A stretch of DNA of 63,977 nucleotides, filler included, from Octopus bimaculoides (lineage: Eukaryota), in assembly GCF_001194135.2 (NCBI RefSeq). It is 4 parts of 3 records of this genome, joined end to end, with 100 filler letters (N's around TTAATTAATTAA, not from the genome) between each part and the next. Parts side by side here need not be neighbours in the genome. Positions count along the whole stretch, not along the records: positions 10,440 to 40,190 come from NC_069002.1; 3 more parts are not named here. The stretch is one strand, 5' to 3'. This document shows, in pieces, positions 23,875 to 37,624 of the stretch. The notes under the pieces are model-generated. The model was not told the origin of the DNA. It did no database searches and saw only the letters and a list, made by a program, of their open reading frames with translations. The position numbers and the translations under genes are program-made. The first letter of the stretch is position 1. Each line of letters starts with the position of its first letter.

Positions 23875-25009
23875 GTCATGTTATGTCGGCAAAAATCTTT
23901 ACTCCAAAGAATAAGTATCTTATAGGCCTATGGCTCGGGAGGAGCATTTCAAAACGCACCTATGTGTTTATAAAGAGCGCTCTGAGCTGGCTACGGTGTC
24001 CGGCAAAACTGCAGTGANNNNNNNNNNNNNNNNNNNNNNNNNNNNNNNNNNNNNNNNNNNNNNNNNNNNNNNNNNNNNNNNNNNNNNNNNNNNNNNNNNN
24101 NNNNNNNNNNNNNNNNNNNNNNNNNNNNNNNNNNNNNNNNNNNNNNNNNNNNNNNNNNNNNNNNNNNNNNNNNNNNNNNNNNNNNNNNNNNNNNNNNNNN
24201 NNNNNNNNNNNNNNNNNNNNNNNNNNNNNNNNNNNNNNNNCACACACATACACATCTATATATGTATGTATATATCGCTTTATATCTTTCATTCGCTATC
24301 TTCCCCGCACCCACGTTATTCACACACACACTCTCTCTCTACCCCTCTCTCTCTCTCTGTCTATCTATTTATCTATCTATCTAATGATGCGTCTCTCTCT
24401 CTTTCTATCCATTTATCTATCACAACGATAGCTTATTATTTACTCATCGATGACTTTTCTCGCTTACTACAAAACACAGCTGAAGGCAATTAAGATCCCT
24501 ACCCGTGTCCCACCCGTATTCCACCTGACATTGACTCCCATACGTCCGTCTCTTCGCCACCACCACCGTTCTCCAAATCTGCCACACCCGTTATTAGCAA
24601 GGAAAAAAGAGACAAAGCTTGTTGTCACAGAACATAAGCTTCCTGTTTTTTTGGTGGTGTATGTGTTAATAGGGGAGGAGTGAGGACGGTGTACTAAGCG
24701 GGTAGCGATGTGTTAACGGGGTAGCGGTTGCATCTCTAGTTCTTTGTAGTTAGTTGGTCCCTTATCCGTAATACAACTCTGGTAATACCATTAACACGTG
24801 AAATATATGAATTTTAGAATATGAGTGTGCTAGTATGTATGTAGATGAGTGTGTGTGTGAGAGAGAGAATGTGTGTGTGTATGTAAATATCTAGATGCAT
24901 ATATGTACAAATATGTGTGTGCGTGTGTATGTGTGTATATATATATATATATATAAACAACAGTTTGCAATATATATATATATATAATTAATATAGACAG
25001 CAGTTTGCA

Positions 25010-25050
<41 letters not shown>

Positions 25051-25742
25051 CATCGTTCAATTTATAGAAAAACAAAAGACGAAGACAGGTGTAGGAACAA
25101 CAAGCAAGTGTATTAGTTTGACGCTCTGGAAAAATGAAAAAGTCTTTTACGTTTCGAGCCTATGCTCTTCGACAAAAAAGAATAAGAGGAAATAAATTGA
25201 GATTCAAAAAACAAGTAACGCGTAGAGTTCAGCGGTCCAACATGGTGAATATATTTATAATACTNNNNNNNNNNNNNNNNNNNNNNNNNNNNNNNNNNNN
25301 NNNNNNNNNNNNNNNNNNNNNNNNNNNNNNNNNNNNNNNNNNNNNNNNNNNNNNNNNNNNNNNNNNNNNNNNNNNNNNNNNNNNNNNNNNNNNNNNNNNN
25401 NNNNNNNNNNNNNNNNNNNNNNNNNNNNNNNNNNNNNNNNNNNNNNNNNNNNNNNNNNNNNNNNNNNNNNNNNNNNNNNNNNNNNNNNNNNNNNNNNNNN
25501 NNNNNNNNNNNNNNNNNNNNNNNNNNNNNNNNNNNNNNNNNNNNNNNNNNNNNNNNNNNNNNNNNNNNNNNNNNNNNNNNNNNNNNNNNNNNNNNNNNNN
25601 NNNNNNNNNNNNNNNNNNNNNNNNNNNNNNNNNNNNNNNNNNNNNNNNNNNNNNNNNNNNNNNNNNNNNNNNNAATTTTGGTAAAATAAGATGTCAGTGA
25701 TATTTTCATTTTGCGTAATTTAGATGACAATTTATTCGCCGC

Positions 25743-25789
<47 letters not shown>

Positions 25790-26189
25790 CGACAGGTTTC
25801 TGGCAGCATTTGTCCTGTCCTGGGATAACTTCACTTATGGACTTGCTGCGAAAACGCCGAAAGGCATCTGATGCTGTCAGTTACTGCTGCTGAGACGAAC
25901 TTCCATCTCTGATGTTTATCATGTTTTTAACATTGCCGTAATTGACTTATTGAAAGTGTATATATATTTAGTATGATACATAGATGGCTATTTCATTTAA
26001 ATACTACTCCAGCTGCGCACACCAGATACGTTAATTAAGCAAAGCACCAACATTTTTGTTAATGCAGTATATCTCAACAACCAAGATAAAGTAATCTCTA
26101 AGTCAAAGAGTACGATTTTATTATGTTGTGTATCATCGGCGGGTTTCAGGGATGAAAACTAAATTTATTTAACATTTGCAGAGCATCAC

Positions 26190-26560
26190 GTCTTCGTATA
26201 GTTCAGTGCAGTGACTGAGTTCAACGTGACATTTATGTTATGTTCGCAATTAGGATCTTTATCTGATGATAACGATCCTAATTGCGAACATAGCGCAAAT
26301 GTCACGTTGCGAACATAACTTGGTGGCAACCTTTTAACCATATACTTCGTAGTGAACTGAAGAGAAGTTAGTAGAATCAATATTCTACGTCCACTATTGC
26401 CTAGAATGTCGCTGTTCTTTTTAAAGCAGCTGCTCTTCATGAGACAAACATTCTTTACGGTATTCCTATAGTTCAGCTACGTCATTTTCTATGAATTCTT
26501 CCAACTCTACGGTATCAAGGTTTTTTGCTGATTTTGGTGAGGAATTTCTACGGTGAGAAT
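26190..26560 (-). mobile_element. Tigger/pogo transposase C-terminal remnant
   Basis: ELEEFIENDVAEL*EYRKECLSHEEQLL*KEQR ... DKDPNCEHNINV resembles the Tigger DxxELLxxHxEELTxEDL..EQR and DPNxERxxKV segments. Confidence 0.6.
26222..26309. repeat. 88-nt inverted repeat (long hairpin)
   Basis: caacgtgacattt / aaatgtcacgttg (13 bp perfect) and tatgttcgcaattaggatc / gatcctaattgcgaacata (19 bp perfect); 4-nt loop. Confidence 0.95.
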
Positions 26561-26855
26561 ACTGTATAGTTACCGTATTTATAAAGAGACGATTGGGCGC
26601 TGCTGTCTGGATGCTGTCGATTCGGCGCGGCGGACTCAACACTGAACCTATTTTAGCGAGCGACAGCAGTTTTTTGCCGTGGATGCAAACACGTGCACGT
26701 GCGCAGAAACATAGATATAGCTAGAGAGAGGTAGGTCAAAAGAGACATTACCATTTATTAATTGAACACGGCTGGTATACACACTTTCCTTATGGACATG
26801 AAGAGAAATATGCCCACACGCATAAGCAGAGAGAGAAAGTGTGCGTGTATGAGAA

Positions 26856-26948
<93 letters not shown>

Positions 26949-26974
26949 TAGACTGAAGGGGAAGAGGACGAGAG

Positions 26975-27195
26975 AAATATTGATCTCAAATTTTGTAACA
27001 AGGCCAGCAAGTTTGGGGGAGGGGTGAGTCGATTACATCGGCCCCAGTATCCAACTGGTACTTATTTTATCGAACCCGAAAGGATGAAAGACAAAGCTGA
27101 CTCCGGCGGAATTTTAACCCAGAACGTAAAGACGGACAAAATGCCGTTAAGCATTTTGTCCGGCGTGCTAACGATTCTTCCAGCTCATCGCCTTG
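26975..27195 (-). mobile_element. SINE family A, well preserved
   Basis: Reverse complement of the family A consensus seen at 60645; another copy at 31265-31465. Confidence 0.9.
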
Positions 27196-28450
27196 GGACG
27201 AGAGAAATATTAGAACGGTTATTGTCAAATAAGTCAGGGTCGTGTCAGCGACGCCATATAAGTGGCGCCAAAACGGCTGTGCCAAAACGGCTGCGCTGGA
27301 ATCTCCCATGCCTGTATCGCTTCATCGCATTGAGTCGGCTGTGTTATCCAAAATCTCAAAAACTTTTTGTGTCCCTAACTAGGTTTACTTTCCCAATCAA
27401 TTGATTTCAAAGTTGTTCTTCGAGAACATACCTTGATGAAGTACAATGAGACCGAAACGTATGAGTGATTGTCCTCCTTGCTTGCAATCAAGAATGAGAT
27501 TATTTCGTAAGTATTGGTTGGAGCAAAGGATTCGTTTTTTTCGGGATACATTCGATTCTCACTTTACCATATTGATCAGAGTCTAGAGAGAATTAATGTA
27601 TAATCTAAACTAAATGAATTAATTCTTCCATAGAAATTTTATGTCAGAGTAAAAGAATAATTTTGCAAACACGCTTTAAAAAAGAAAAAAATTCATAGCT
27701 CGACCTGTGCTCCACGAGGCAAACTGCACAAACACCTAAGACGCTAAAATTTAGGAGCTTCGTACAAGTTCTGAATAAATTCAAGAAAGTTTCTTAATCC
27801 AACTAAAAGAAAATGAAATATTATTAGTAATAAAGAGAAGAAGAGACGTCACTTCTGGAACAGAGGAAGCTGGGGGACAGAGTTGGGAGGGGAAAACGAG
27901 AAGGATGTGAGGTGTTATGATTTGTCAAAAGATTTGACGTAAAGCATTTCAAACTGCCAAATAACAGATTTACTCTGTGATACACATGGCCACTAAAACG
28001 ATATATTTCCTGTACCCAAGTCAATTAGAAATTTTCAACTGCAATGTGTATAGCTCGTGTATTGAGTAAGATGGGTGGAGGAATTTTTAGAAAGAAATTG
28101 ATAAAGGACGGGTTGGCATGCGAGGAGATGCTGAAAAGTTCCTGGCTTTGGGTAAAAGAAAATATAGGAGGAACAATTAATTATGATTTCATTCAACTTA
28201 TTCCCCTCTCAGATTCACACACTTGTTGCAGCGGACTTTAGGACTAGGGGACAGGAATGTGTTCTAGGAGGTGATGATAAACCGAGGTGACGAATTAAGT
28301 TTTAACACGATGTATATCCACCTTCCTTAATTCCGTTTGTGGCACAGTGACGCAGAGAAAAAGGAATATAGAAATTTTGGCATGTGTGTGTGTGTGCGCA
28401 CGCGCATCTATGTAAGTACGTATGTATATACATATACATAGTATACATGT

Positions 28451-28495
<45 letters not shown>

Positions 28496-29743
28496 TAAAT
28501 GTGTGTATATTATTTCCATATAAAGTTATAAACAGCACGCACACACATACACATGTACATGCGTATACGCATATATATAGTTGCATTCGTGCTTAGAAAT
28601 TACGTACACACACAAATATATTCATACATATATGAATGTATGAACAGAAACATATACACACATATACATACATACGTACATACAAACACACACACACGCA
28701 TATGTGTGTGTGTGTATGTATATATATATATATATATATATATNNNNNNNNNNNNNNNNNNNNNNNNNNNNNNNNNNNNNNNNNNNNNNNNNNNNNNNNN
28801 NNNNNNNNNNNNNNNNNNNNNNNNNNNNNNNNNNNNNNNNNNNNNNNNNNNNNNNNNNNNNNNNNNNNNNNNNNNNNNNNNNNNNNNNNNNNNNNNNNNN
28901 NNNNNNNNNNNNNNNNNNNNNNNNNNNNNNNNNNNNNNNNNNNNNNNNNNNNNNNNNNNNNNNNNNNNNNNNNNNNNNNNNNNNNNNNNNNNNNAAAAAA
29001 AAAAAAAAAAAAAAGAAAATTTCTCCAACAAGGGCATGAAGAATTTGGTAGAGTATCTCAGAATTGACTTTATGTATTCTAACTTGATTTATAATCTGTG
29101 ATGAATATAGAGTGCTATATGAAATGTGTTTAAGAAATTTGGTGGCTGTGTACTATGAAGTTTGCTTGCCAACCACATGGTTCTGGGTTCGGTCCCACTG
29201 CGTGACATGACACCTTGGACAGGTGTCATCTACTCTAGCCACGGGCCGACATAAGCAGCGAATAAATTTGCTTTAAATGAATTCATATTTCTCATTACAA
29301 TCAAGGATAAAATCTGTATAGGATTTTATCAAGTGGTTAGCGTGTAAAAAACCATTTAGGTAAAAATTAATACAAAGTATTTAATTTTATAGATATAATT
29401 ATAAAATTATAGTAAGGGCAAATACTGAGTAATGCTACATGCTAGAAGAAGATGCCAGATGGCTCTAAAACTACCTTATTTATCACATAGACACGGGTTG
29501 AAAGCGAGGGAATAAACAAAAAAGATTTTTCTAGAAAGTTAAGCTATTTTATCTTACATATATATAAGCTCATACATATATATATTCATTTATTTATTTA
29601 TCTATATACATGCATGTATATACAAATATATATGCATGTATGTTTGTATATATGTATGTAAGCATGCACACACACACACAAACAAACACAAAGCTTTGGT
29701 ATATCCTGGGATCAACGTCCTTTTGCCCATGAAAATAATAATA

Positions 29744-29780
<37 letters not shown>

Positions 29781-29985
29781 TATGTAAACCCTCCACATAA
29801 CCCTTTGCTTCATAAATTCGAATCTGAGCTATTAAGTATGATTAAGAACATTAGATTTTCTAAATTTACGTCAGCATAAAAAAATCCAAAAAAATCAACA
29901 CTCTAGAATGCTGTTCGTGTTTGTGTGTGTATGTCTGTGTGTATTTCTGTGTGCGCGTGTGTGTATAAGACAGAGAAAGAAAGAG

Positions 29986-30019
<34 letters not shown>

Positions 30020-30309
30020 GTGGGGAAGGAGAGGGTATGTTGAGATCATATTTGGCGAGGGATATTTAGACTTTGCATTTCAGTTTTCTATCAACACGTA
30101 AGCACGTACATTAAAAATGCAATTTAAAATGCAATTGGAGAAACGACCTGTTAGAGTAATTATGGGAACGGAATACTTTCGCCTGTTTAAAGAAACTATT
30201 TCTTTTGAGCAGAGCGATTAGCTTTTCAAACTGGAGCTGTATATATCCATATGTATATGCTGATGATATATATATATATATATGTGTGCTTCTATATTAG
30301 TGTGTTTAG

Positions 30310-30368
<59 letters not shown>

Positions 30369-30415
30369 AGGGTTGGACAAAATAANNNNNNNNNNTATAT
30401 ATATATATATATATA

Positions 30416-30480
30416 CACACAAGGGTTGGACAAAATAATGGAAACACCTAGCATCATAGCATCATAATTTTGAAATAACC
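30416..30480. mobile_element. Tc1-like terminal inverted repeat fragment
   Basis: tacacacaagggttggacaaaataatggaaacacc resembles Tc1-family termini; no partner end found. Confidence 0.4.
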
Positions 30481-31264
30481 GTTAATAATCTATGTACATA
30501 TCTATGTGTGAATGTGTGTGTGTGTGTGTAATCTCAAGCACAATATTATATATACAAGCACACACAGCACAACGGAAAAGGAGTAATCAATGCATGTAGT
30601 AGAATTGAGTTACTCGTGTAAAGTAGTCATGAAGTGTAAGTTTACCATTGCGTGTACACACACACACACACACATACATATAGATATATACATAGTTAGC
30701 TAGCTAGCTAGCTAGATAGATAGATAGATAGATATGCATGCGTGCACAAACACATGTTTACATGCAGGCATATGTGTATATAAACACTCACAGGTAGACG
30801 CACACACGCGTGTTTTATATATATATATATATATATTCCTAAAATTATGCATGCAGACGCACGTGCACACGCTTGCTTGCACACATGCGTGTATGCTTAT
30901 ACTCGCATGTGTGTGTGTGTGTGTGTATTCTTTGAACTCCTGAAACCGACAGCTGACAGATGTGTCACTCCAAGAAAAACACTGCTGAGTTGACAAGGCA
31001 GTTTTGCATTTTGTAACTGAAGTAGTTGAGAACCACGCCTAAAATCAGTCAGAATTGCCATTTATTTGGTGCCAACTAGTAAATCTCTCTGTGGCTGCTC
31101 GTCTTGCTTGAAAAAGCAGCGATATCTTTAACGAGTCACACTGTAGAATTCCAATTATAATAAGAAAATTAAACGACATATTTGCATATAATACTTTCAT
31201 ATTATCTTATGGCAAATTCACGCAAAGCGCTCAACGAAGGCTATATAAATTATTCTTTTCTACT

Positions 31265-31465
31265 CTTAGGCACAAGGCTCGAAATTTTGGGGGAGGGGGG
31301 CTGGTCGATTAGATCGACCGCAGCATGAAACAGGTACTTAATTTATCGACCCCGAAAGGACGAAAGGCAAAGTCGACTCCGGCGGAATTTGAACTCAGAA
31401 CGTAACGGCAGACGAAATACCGATAAGCATTTCGCGCTAACGATTCTGCCAGCTCGCCGCCTTAA
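31265..31465 (-). mobile_element. SINE family A
   Basis: atttatcgaccccgaaaggacgaaaggcaaagtcgactccggcggaatttgaactcagaacg..ccagctcgccgcc. Confidence 0.9.
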
Positions 31466-32070
31466 ATTATTCTGGTATCCTGCTGCATTCGTGACATTTC
31501 TCTCACCGTTAATTCGTCGGTATTTTTTTTTTAATGTGAGTCGCATTTTTTTAAATTAGGATTTTTTTATAGGCTTTAGAAAATTCATATTAATGCTTGA
31601 ATATCTTGATAAACGTGTAATTTTNNNNNNNNNNNNNNNNNNNNNNNNNNNNNNNNNNNNNNNNNNNNNNNNNNNNNNNNNNNNNNNNNNNNNNNNNNNN
31701 NNNNNNNNNNNNNNNNNNNNNNNNNNNNNNNNNNNNNNNNNNNNNNNNNNNNNNNNNNNNNNNNNNNNNNNNNNNNNNNNNNNNNNNNNNNNNNNNNNNN
31801 NNNNNNNNNNNNNNNNNNNNNNNNNNNNNNNNNNNNNNNNNNNNNNNNNNNNNNNNNNNNNNNNNNNNNNNNNNNNNNNNNNNNNNNNNNNNNNNNNNNN
31901 NNNNNNNNNNNNNNNNNNNNNNNNNNNNNNNNNNNNNNNNNNNNNNNNNNNNNNNNNNNNNNNNNNNNNNNNNNNNNNNNNNNNNNNNNNNNNNNNNNNN
32001 NNNNNNNNNNNNNNNNNNNNNNNNNNNNNNNNNNNNNNNNNNNNNNNNNNNNNNNNNNNNNNNNNNNNNN

Positions 32071-32110
<40 letters not shown>

Positions 32111-32310
32111 GTCCAAGGGAAAGGCAAATGTCAATACAGATTGGCGCCAGTGACGTAGCAACTAATTTCTACAGCTGAGTGAACTAGAGCAACATGAAAT
32201 AAAGTGTCTTGCTCAAGAACACAGCACAGCCCGGTCCGGGAAACGAACTCACAACCTCACGATTGTAAACCCGACGCTCTAACCCCCGAGCCATAGGCTT
32301 TCACACACGT

Positions 32311-32360
<50 letters not shown>

Positions 32361-32840
32361 GTGGCAGGCTTTCAGTTTCCATCTACCAAATCCATCCACA
32401 AGTCTTCAATTGTCCGGACGCTTTAGTAGAAGACACTTACCCAAGGTGCCACATAGTGGGACTGAACCCAAAACCATACAGGTAGGAACCAAACAACTTA
32501 CCACACAGCCATGTCTACAACCAAGGCTGGATTTTTTGTTTGTTTTTCTTTTTTAACTTTGACGAAAATCTATCTGAATGTTTACGTTCGTCCATCTCCC
32601 TAAAAATTAAAATAAAATGTCCATATATTTTATTCTCTTGCCAAGCCAGCTTTCCGGGTTTTTTTTATTGTGTTTTGATTCGATTTTCAAGATATCGTCT
32701 CTGCAATTCTCTTCGGGTCCATATATCTTTCAGTCTTTGGTTATTTCATCTTATCTAATCTCTCTCAATAATTTTCCCCGTTTTGTATACATTCTTCATT
32801 CTACACAACTAATTAATTCTACCTTTTCTGTTTTCTTCAG

Positions 32841-32859
32841 GGTGCTTATCTGTGTAAAG
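32841..32859 (+). CDS. Candidate 19-nt microexon (GAYLCK+G in phase 0 to 1, or xVLICVK)
   Basis: Branch-like ctaat, then ttctaccttttctgttttcttcag| and AAG|gtatgt. The donor also begins a microsatellite. Confidence 0.3.
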
Positions 32860-32965
32860 GTATGTGTGTGTGTATGTTTGTGTATGTTTGTGTATGTATA
32901 TATATATATATATATCCTAACGAGAGAGAGAGAGAGGGGGGAGGAATCAGACGGACAGATATACA

Positions 32966-33046
<81 letters not shown>

Positions 33047-34258
33047 TAACGTCAATTGGGAAGGCGATGTAGTATTCTATATGTGGTCATTAGTTTTTGA
33101 GTTTTCCCATGTAAACTAAACTAATTTTCAAGATTCTATTTTAAGGTTGCTCTCGTCTAATGCGATTGAGATACGAGCCTTGTGTTAATAAGTAGTCTTA
33201 TCGTTGCAATTTAATTTAGAATTTTTTTTTTTTTCGCTGCGTTTATTTAGGTGGAGGAAGGGAGAGCGCCCATAGCTTTCGAAGGCTTTCATATTCCAGT
33301 AACATTGTTGCAGTTATTCATGAACTAAAATGGATGCAAATCAACGACTGCAAGAAGGGTTTATAGAAGGAAAGTAATCCTGGAGAACCGGCTTTCTGAG
33401 AAGGGCAAGTAGACTAGGGCTCAATGTATGAGTAACAAATCACATATAATGGTGAACATAGAAAAAATCAATGATTATGTCGTCTCGATTATATAATGTT
33501 TATTATATAGATGCAGGCTAAGAAATTAGCATTCAGACCAAATGGTTCTATTGCCCATCCATTTTCTTATTTTTATTACGTTTGATCGGCCCAAAACTAT
33601 AGTAGAAGACATTTGCCGAAGGTTCCGTGCAATGGGACTAAATCCAGACCCATGTGGTTGAGAAGCAAACTTGTTACCACACAGCCACGCCTGCGCCTAC
33701 GCCGTCATATTAAAAATTACACTGCCATAGTGGACTCTATGTTGTCATGGTAGACATTATACTGCTACGTCAGATGTTTCATTATCCTGTTAAATACTGC
33801 TATAGCTCTACACTTCAGTGCTATGTTGCATATAATACAGTCTTATTAAACAATACAGTGGCATATGGGCCACCACATCACCATAATAGATATTACAACA
33901 CCAACGTAGACACTGCAACGCTACATAGATTCTACAACACCAAGGGAGACACTACACCTGTACAAAAGACAATCCAGTCTCGTTGATAATATATCAACGA
34001 GGAAAAAAAGAATTAAGACCATAACGACAGCATGCTGGGATATCATAAGACAAAGCATTCTGGGATGGCATGCTGTCTCGTATACTGTGGTTACATGTTT
34101 CGAAGCATGCTGGAATCCCGTTGCACGAGGCATGACGGGATGCTGGGATGTCGAAATGTAAAGCATGCTGGGATATCAGGATGCTGTCAGACACACCAAA
34201 CGAGTGCCATGTTACATAATACTGATAAGAAAATTCGTAAAATAGCGAGTTGCGCAAA

Positions 34259-34293
<35 letters not shown>

Positions 34294-34583
34294 ACCTTTG
34301 TCCGTCTCTCTCTTACTCACTTCTCTCTCTCTCTCTCTTTCACTCTTTCTCTTTCTCTCTTTGACCTCTCTCTCACTCACTTTCTTTCTCTCTCTATTTA
34401 TCTCTCCCTTTATACATCTTCACCTTTTCATCTCTACCTGCCCATCTATCTATTTATCTTCTTACCCATATATCTATCTATCTATCCTGGTCAGAGAGAG
34501 TGAGAGAAATGTGAGAGAAAGAGGAGGAAAGTCCTTTCTTCCCTCTTCCTCGCGCCTATTATCTCTCTCGGCCTTCTTACACT

Positions 34584-34638
<55 letters not shown>

Positions 34639-37158
34639 TTCTCTCAACACTCTTCTATCTCCATCTCTCTGCCTCTCACTCCTCCTTCCCTCTTTTCTGT
34701 GAACTTTACACATAGAAATGTAACCGACTGTGTCTTTTAATGGCTCCCCCATGAATGCTATCAAACCCCTTCCCTTACATCCACGCCCACCACCACCGAA
34801 ATTACGGCACAAATTCCCTGATCTGGATGTTTTATATTTATTAATTAAACAGCAAACACTTACGTGAGCAATCCCCAGGAGAAATTATTTGTAATTAATA
34901 GATTTCATGTGGAAAGAATCATGGAGCACGCAAAAGGTAAATCCCACAGGGGGTTGTAAAGAGCGCTGAAACGGTTTCAATCCCAGGATGAATAAAAGCA
35001 GTCCATTTATATAGTTGATACCCATCAGAAAATAATAACAATAATAATAATAATTTCTTTATTAACCACAAAGGGTTTACGTTAAATAAAAAATAAAAAA
35101 ACCTTGTAGACGGCACAGGATAACTTGAAAGTGGGGTTATATGAAAGTCGTGTAAACAATGAAAAACAATCGATTATAACAACAAAATTCCCCAAAAGAG
35201 AGAGACCTCTAAGGACCGCTCGTGGAAACCCTACAAATCCACGACAGGCCAGAAATTAGCGTAAAATGAAGTGTTTCGCTCAGGAATACAATTCACCACC
35301 CGGTCTGGGAATCGAAATCACGATCGCGAGTTCAATACTCTAACAACTAGGCCACGCGCCCAATTTCAGAGGTCAGTAAAATAAAAAGTCAATTTATGGG
35401 AATGAATTGGGAGCGGGAATGTTTTTAAGAGCGTCGGATGAGAAGCCTTGGGATACTTGTTCTAGCTCTTACCGTTCTGAGTTCAAATTTCCCCATTATC
35501 ACCTGCCACCTCGCAGCGGGTACAATAGGTCCTTGAGCAACCAGGTAACTGTGAAAATTCTCTAGTGCCAATGAAGCGACGCGTTGGTTAGAACAACATC
35601 TTGGTTGTCGGAATTAATATCGAGAGGAGCTAGCTCATGGCAGAATAATCGCGTAACCGACCATCAAACAGTCGTGATAGATTGTTTAATGACGTGTTAC
35701 GTGAGAGTCTGGAGAAAAGTTTGTGCAAACCTTTCAGCTTTAATAAAACGCAGCATTTTGTTTATCTTTGGTATTCGAGTGTTATCTTCTGCGCCTTGTT
35801 TTACATCTATATGATGGCATATATTAGTGTGTGTGCACGTATGTGTGTATATATATAATACAAATAATGTGAGTATATGCATATATACGTGCATGTATGT
35901 ACATACCTACATCTACATGTATATATAGATGCATATATGGGAACAGGACGTCACAAAATGAAAAACAGAACATAAACAGAGCACAGAAAACAAACAGGCC
36001 ACTTAGAGAATATTTCCTTCATCAGCTGCCCCTATTCTAAACTAAGCGTCTCGAAGAGTTATATATATACTGATTGAAATAAAACATATACATACGTGAA
36101 TACACACACGCACATATTTATAGACAAAGTAAAATATCAGACTTAACAGAAAAAACCGCTTAAGTACTGGAGTCGATTAGTTCGACTGAAACCCTTCGAG
36201 GCGATGCCCCAGCATGGCCGTACTGTAGTAACAGAAGCAAGTAAAAGATCAAATGAGATGCCTTGTCTGCAAAACCGCAGGTCACTCAGCAAACGGAACA
36301 AACGGTTACCACACAAAGCGCTAGCAAATGTACCTGCGACATACGAGCTTCCATCCAGGGAGGTAATCGCATCGTAATCCTGGAACAATGCAATGCTCGA
36401 ATAACCTGGTGGCTCTTGTGAAGGGATTCAAATAAAGGAGAGTATAGAAGTAGTCGTTGAGTTGCGCAAACTCCCTAATGGATATTGGATACACATGTAA
36501 TGTAACTTTCCCTGTTCAACACTGTCGTACAAGCAAACATGCGCATAAGATCTCACACGAATACACATACGCAAGGTACATACACACATACACTCACACG
36601 TACATGTATATACATACATACAGAGAGAAAGAGAGGTGGCGGAGAAACCTCCATTTTGTTTTCTATGTATTCTTACATATTTTTCTGAAGCATAAATATA
36701 TACTTCTCTTTCTTTCACTCTCTCACGCACTCTCTCCCTCTCTTTCTTTCTCACTGTTTCTCTCTCTTTCTTTCTTTCTTTCTCTTTTCCTCTCTCTACA
36801 CATATATATATATATGTGCATGTATGTTTGTACATATATATGTGTATAAACATTATACATACATAGATACAAACATATGCATATAAGTGTGTGTGTGTGT
36901 GTGTGTACATACAAACATACAAATGAACATGTATGTGTGTATATGTATATATACACACATATACACATATATCAATTTCACATATTAATTTCAACCAATC
37001 CTCATTCAGTATTCACACAAGCACATACACACACACACTTACACACACTCACTCACACACATGCACACACACACACACACATGCGCACTACACACGTGTT
37101 TATGCATGTACAACATACAGACATGCATCCATACATATACGTAATACATACTTATATC

Positions 37159-37196
<38 letters not shown>

Positions 37197-37587
37197 NNNN
37201 NNNNNNNNNNNNNNNNNNNNNNNNNNNNNNNNNNNNNNNNNNNNNNNNNNNNNNNNNNNNNNNNNNNNNNNNNNNNNNNNNNNNNNNNNNNNNNNNNNNN
37301 NNNNNNNNNNNNNNNNNNNNNNNNNNNNNNNNNNNNNNNNNNNNNNNNNNNNNNNNNNNNNNNNNNNNNNNNNNNNNNNNNNNNNNNNNNNNNNNNNNNN
37401 NNNNNNNNNNNNNNNNNNNNNNNNNNNNNNNNNNNNNNNNNNNNNNNNNNNNNNNNNNNNNNNNNNNNNNNNNNNNNNNNNNNNNNNNNNNNNNNNNNNN
37501 NNNNNNNNNNNNNNNNNNNNNNNNNNNNNNNNNNNNNNNNNNNNNNNNNNNNNNNNNNNNNNNNNNNNNNNNNNNNNNNNNNNNNNN

Positions 37588-37624
<37 letters not shown>

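Noticed and set aside
30360-30445. Duplicated tacacacaagggttggacaaaataa across a 10-N gap (similar case at about 48430)
   Set aside because: Contig-end overlap artifact.
36280-36420. Open frame VTQQTEQ...IVILEQCNAR
   Set aside because: Resembles a decayed LINE endonuclease IVILGDFNAR motif, with a poor acceptor; not called as an exon.
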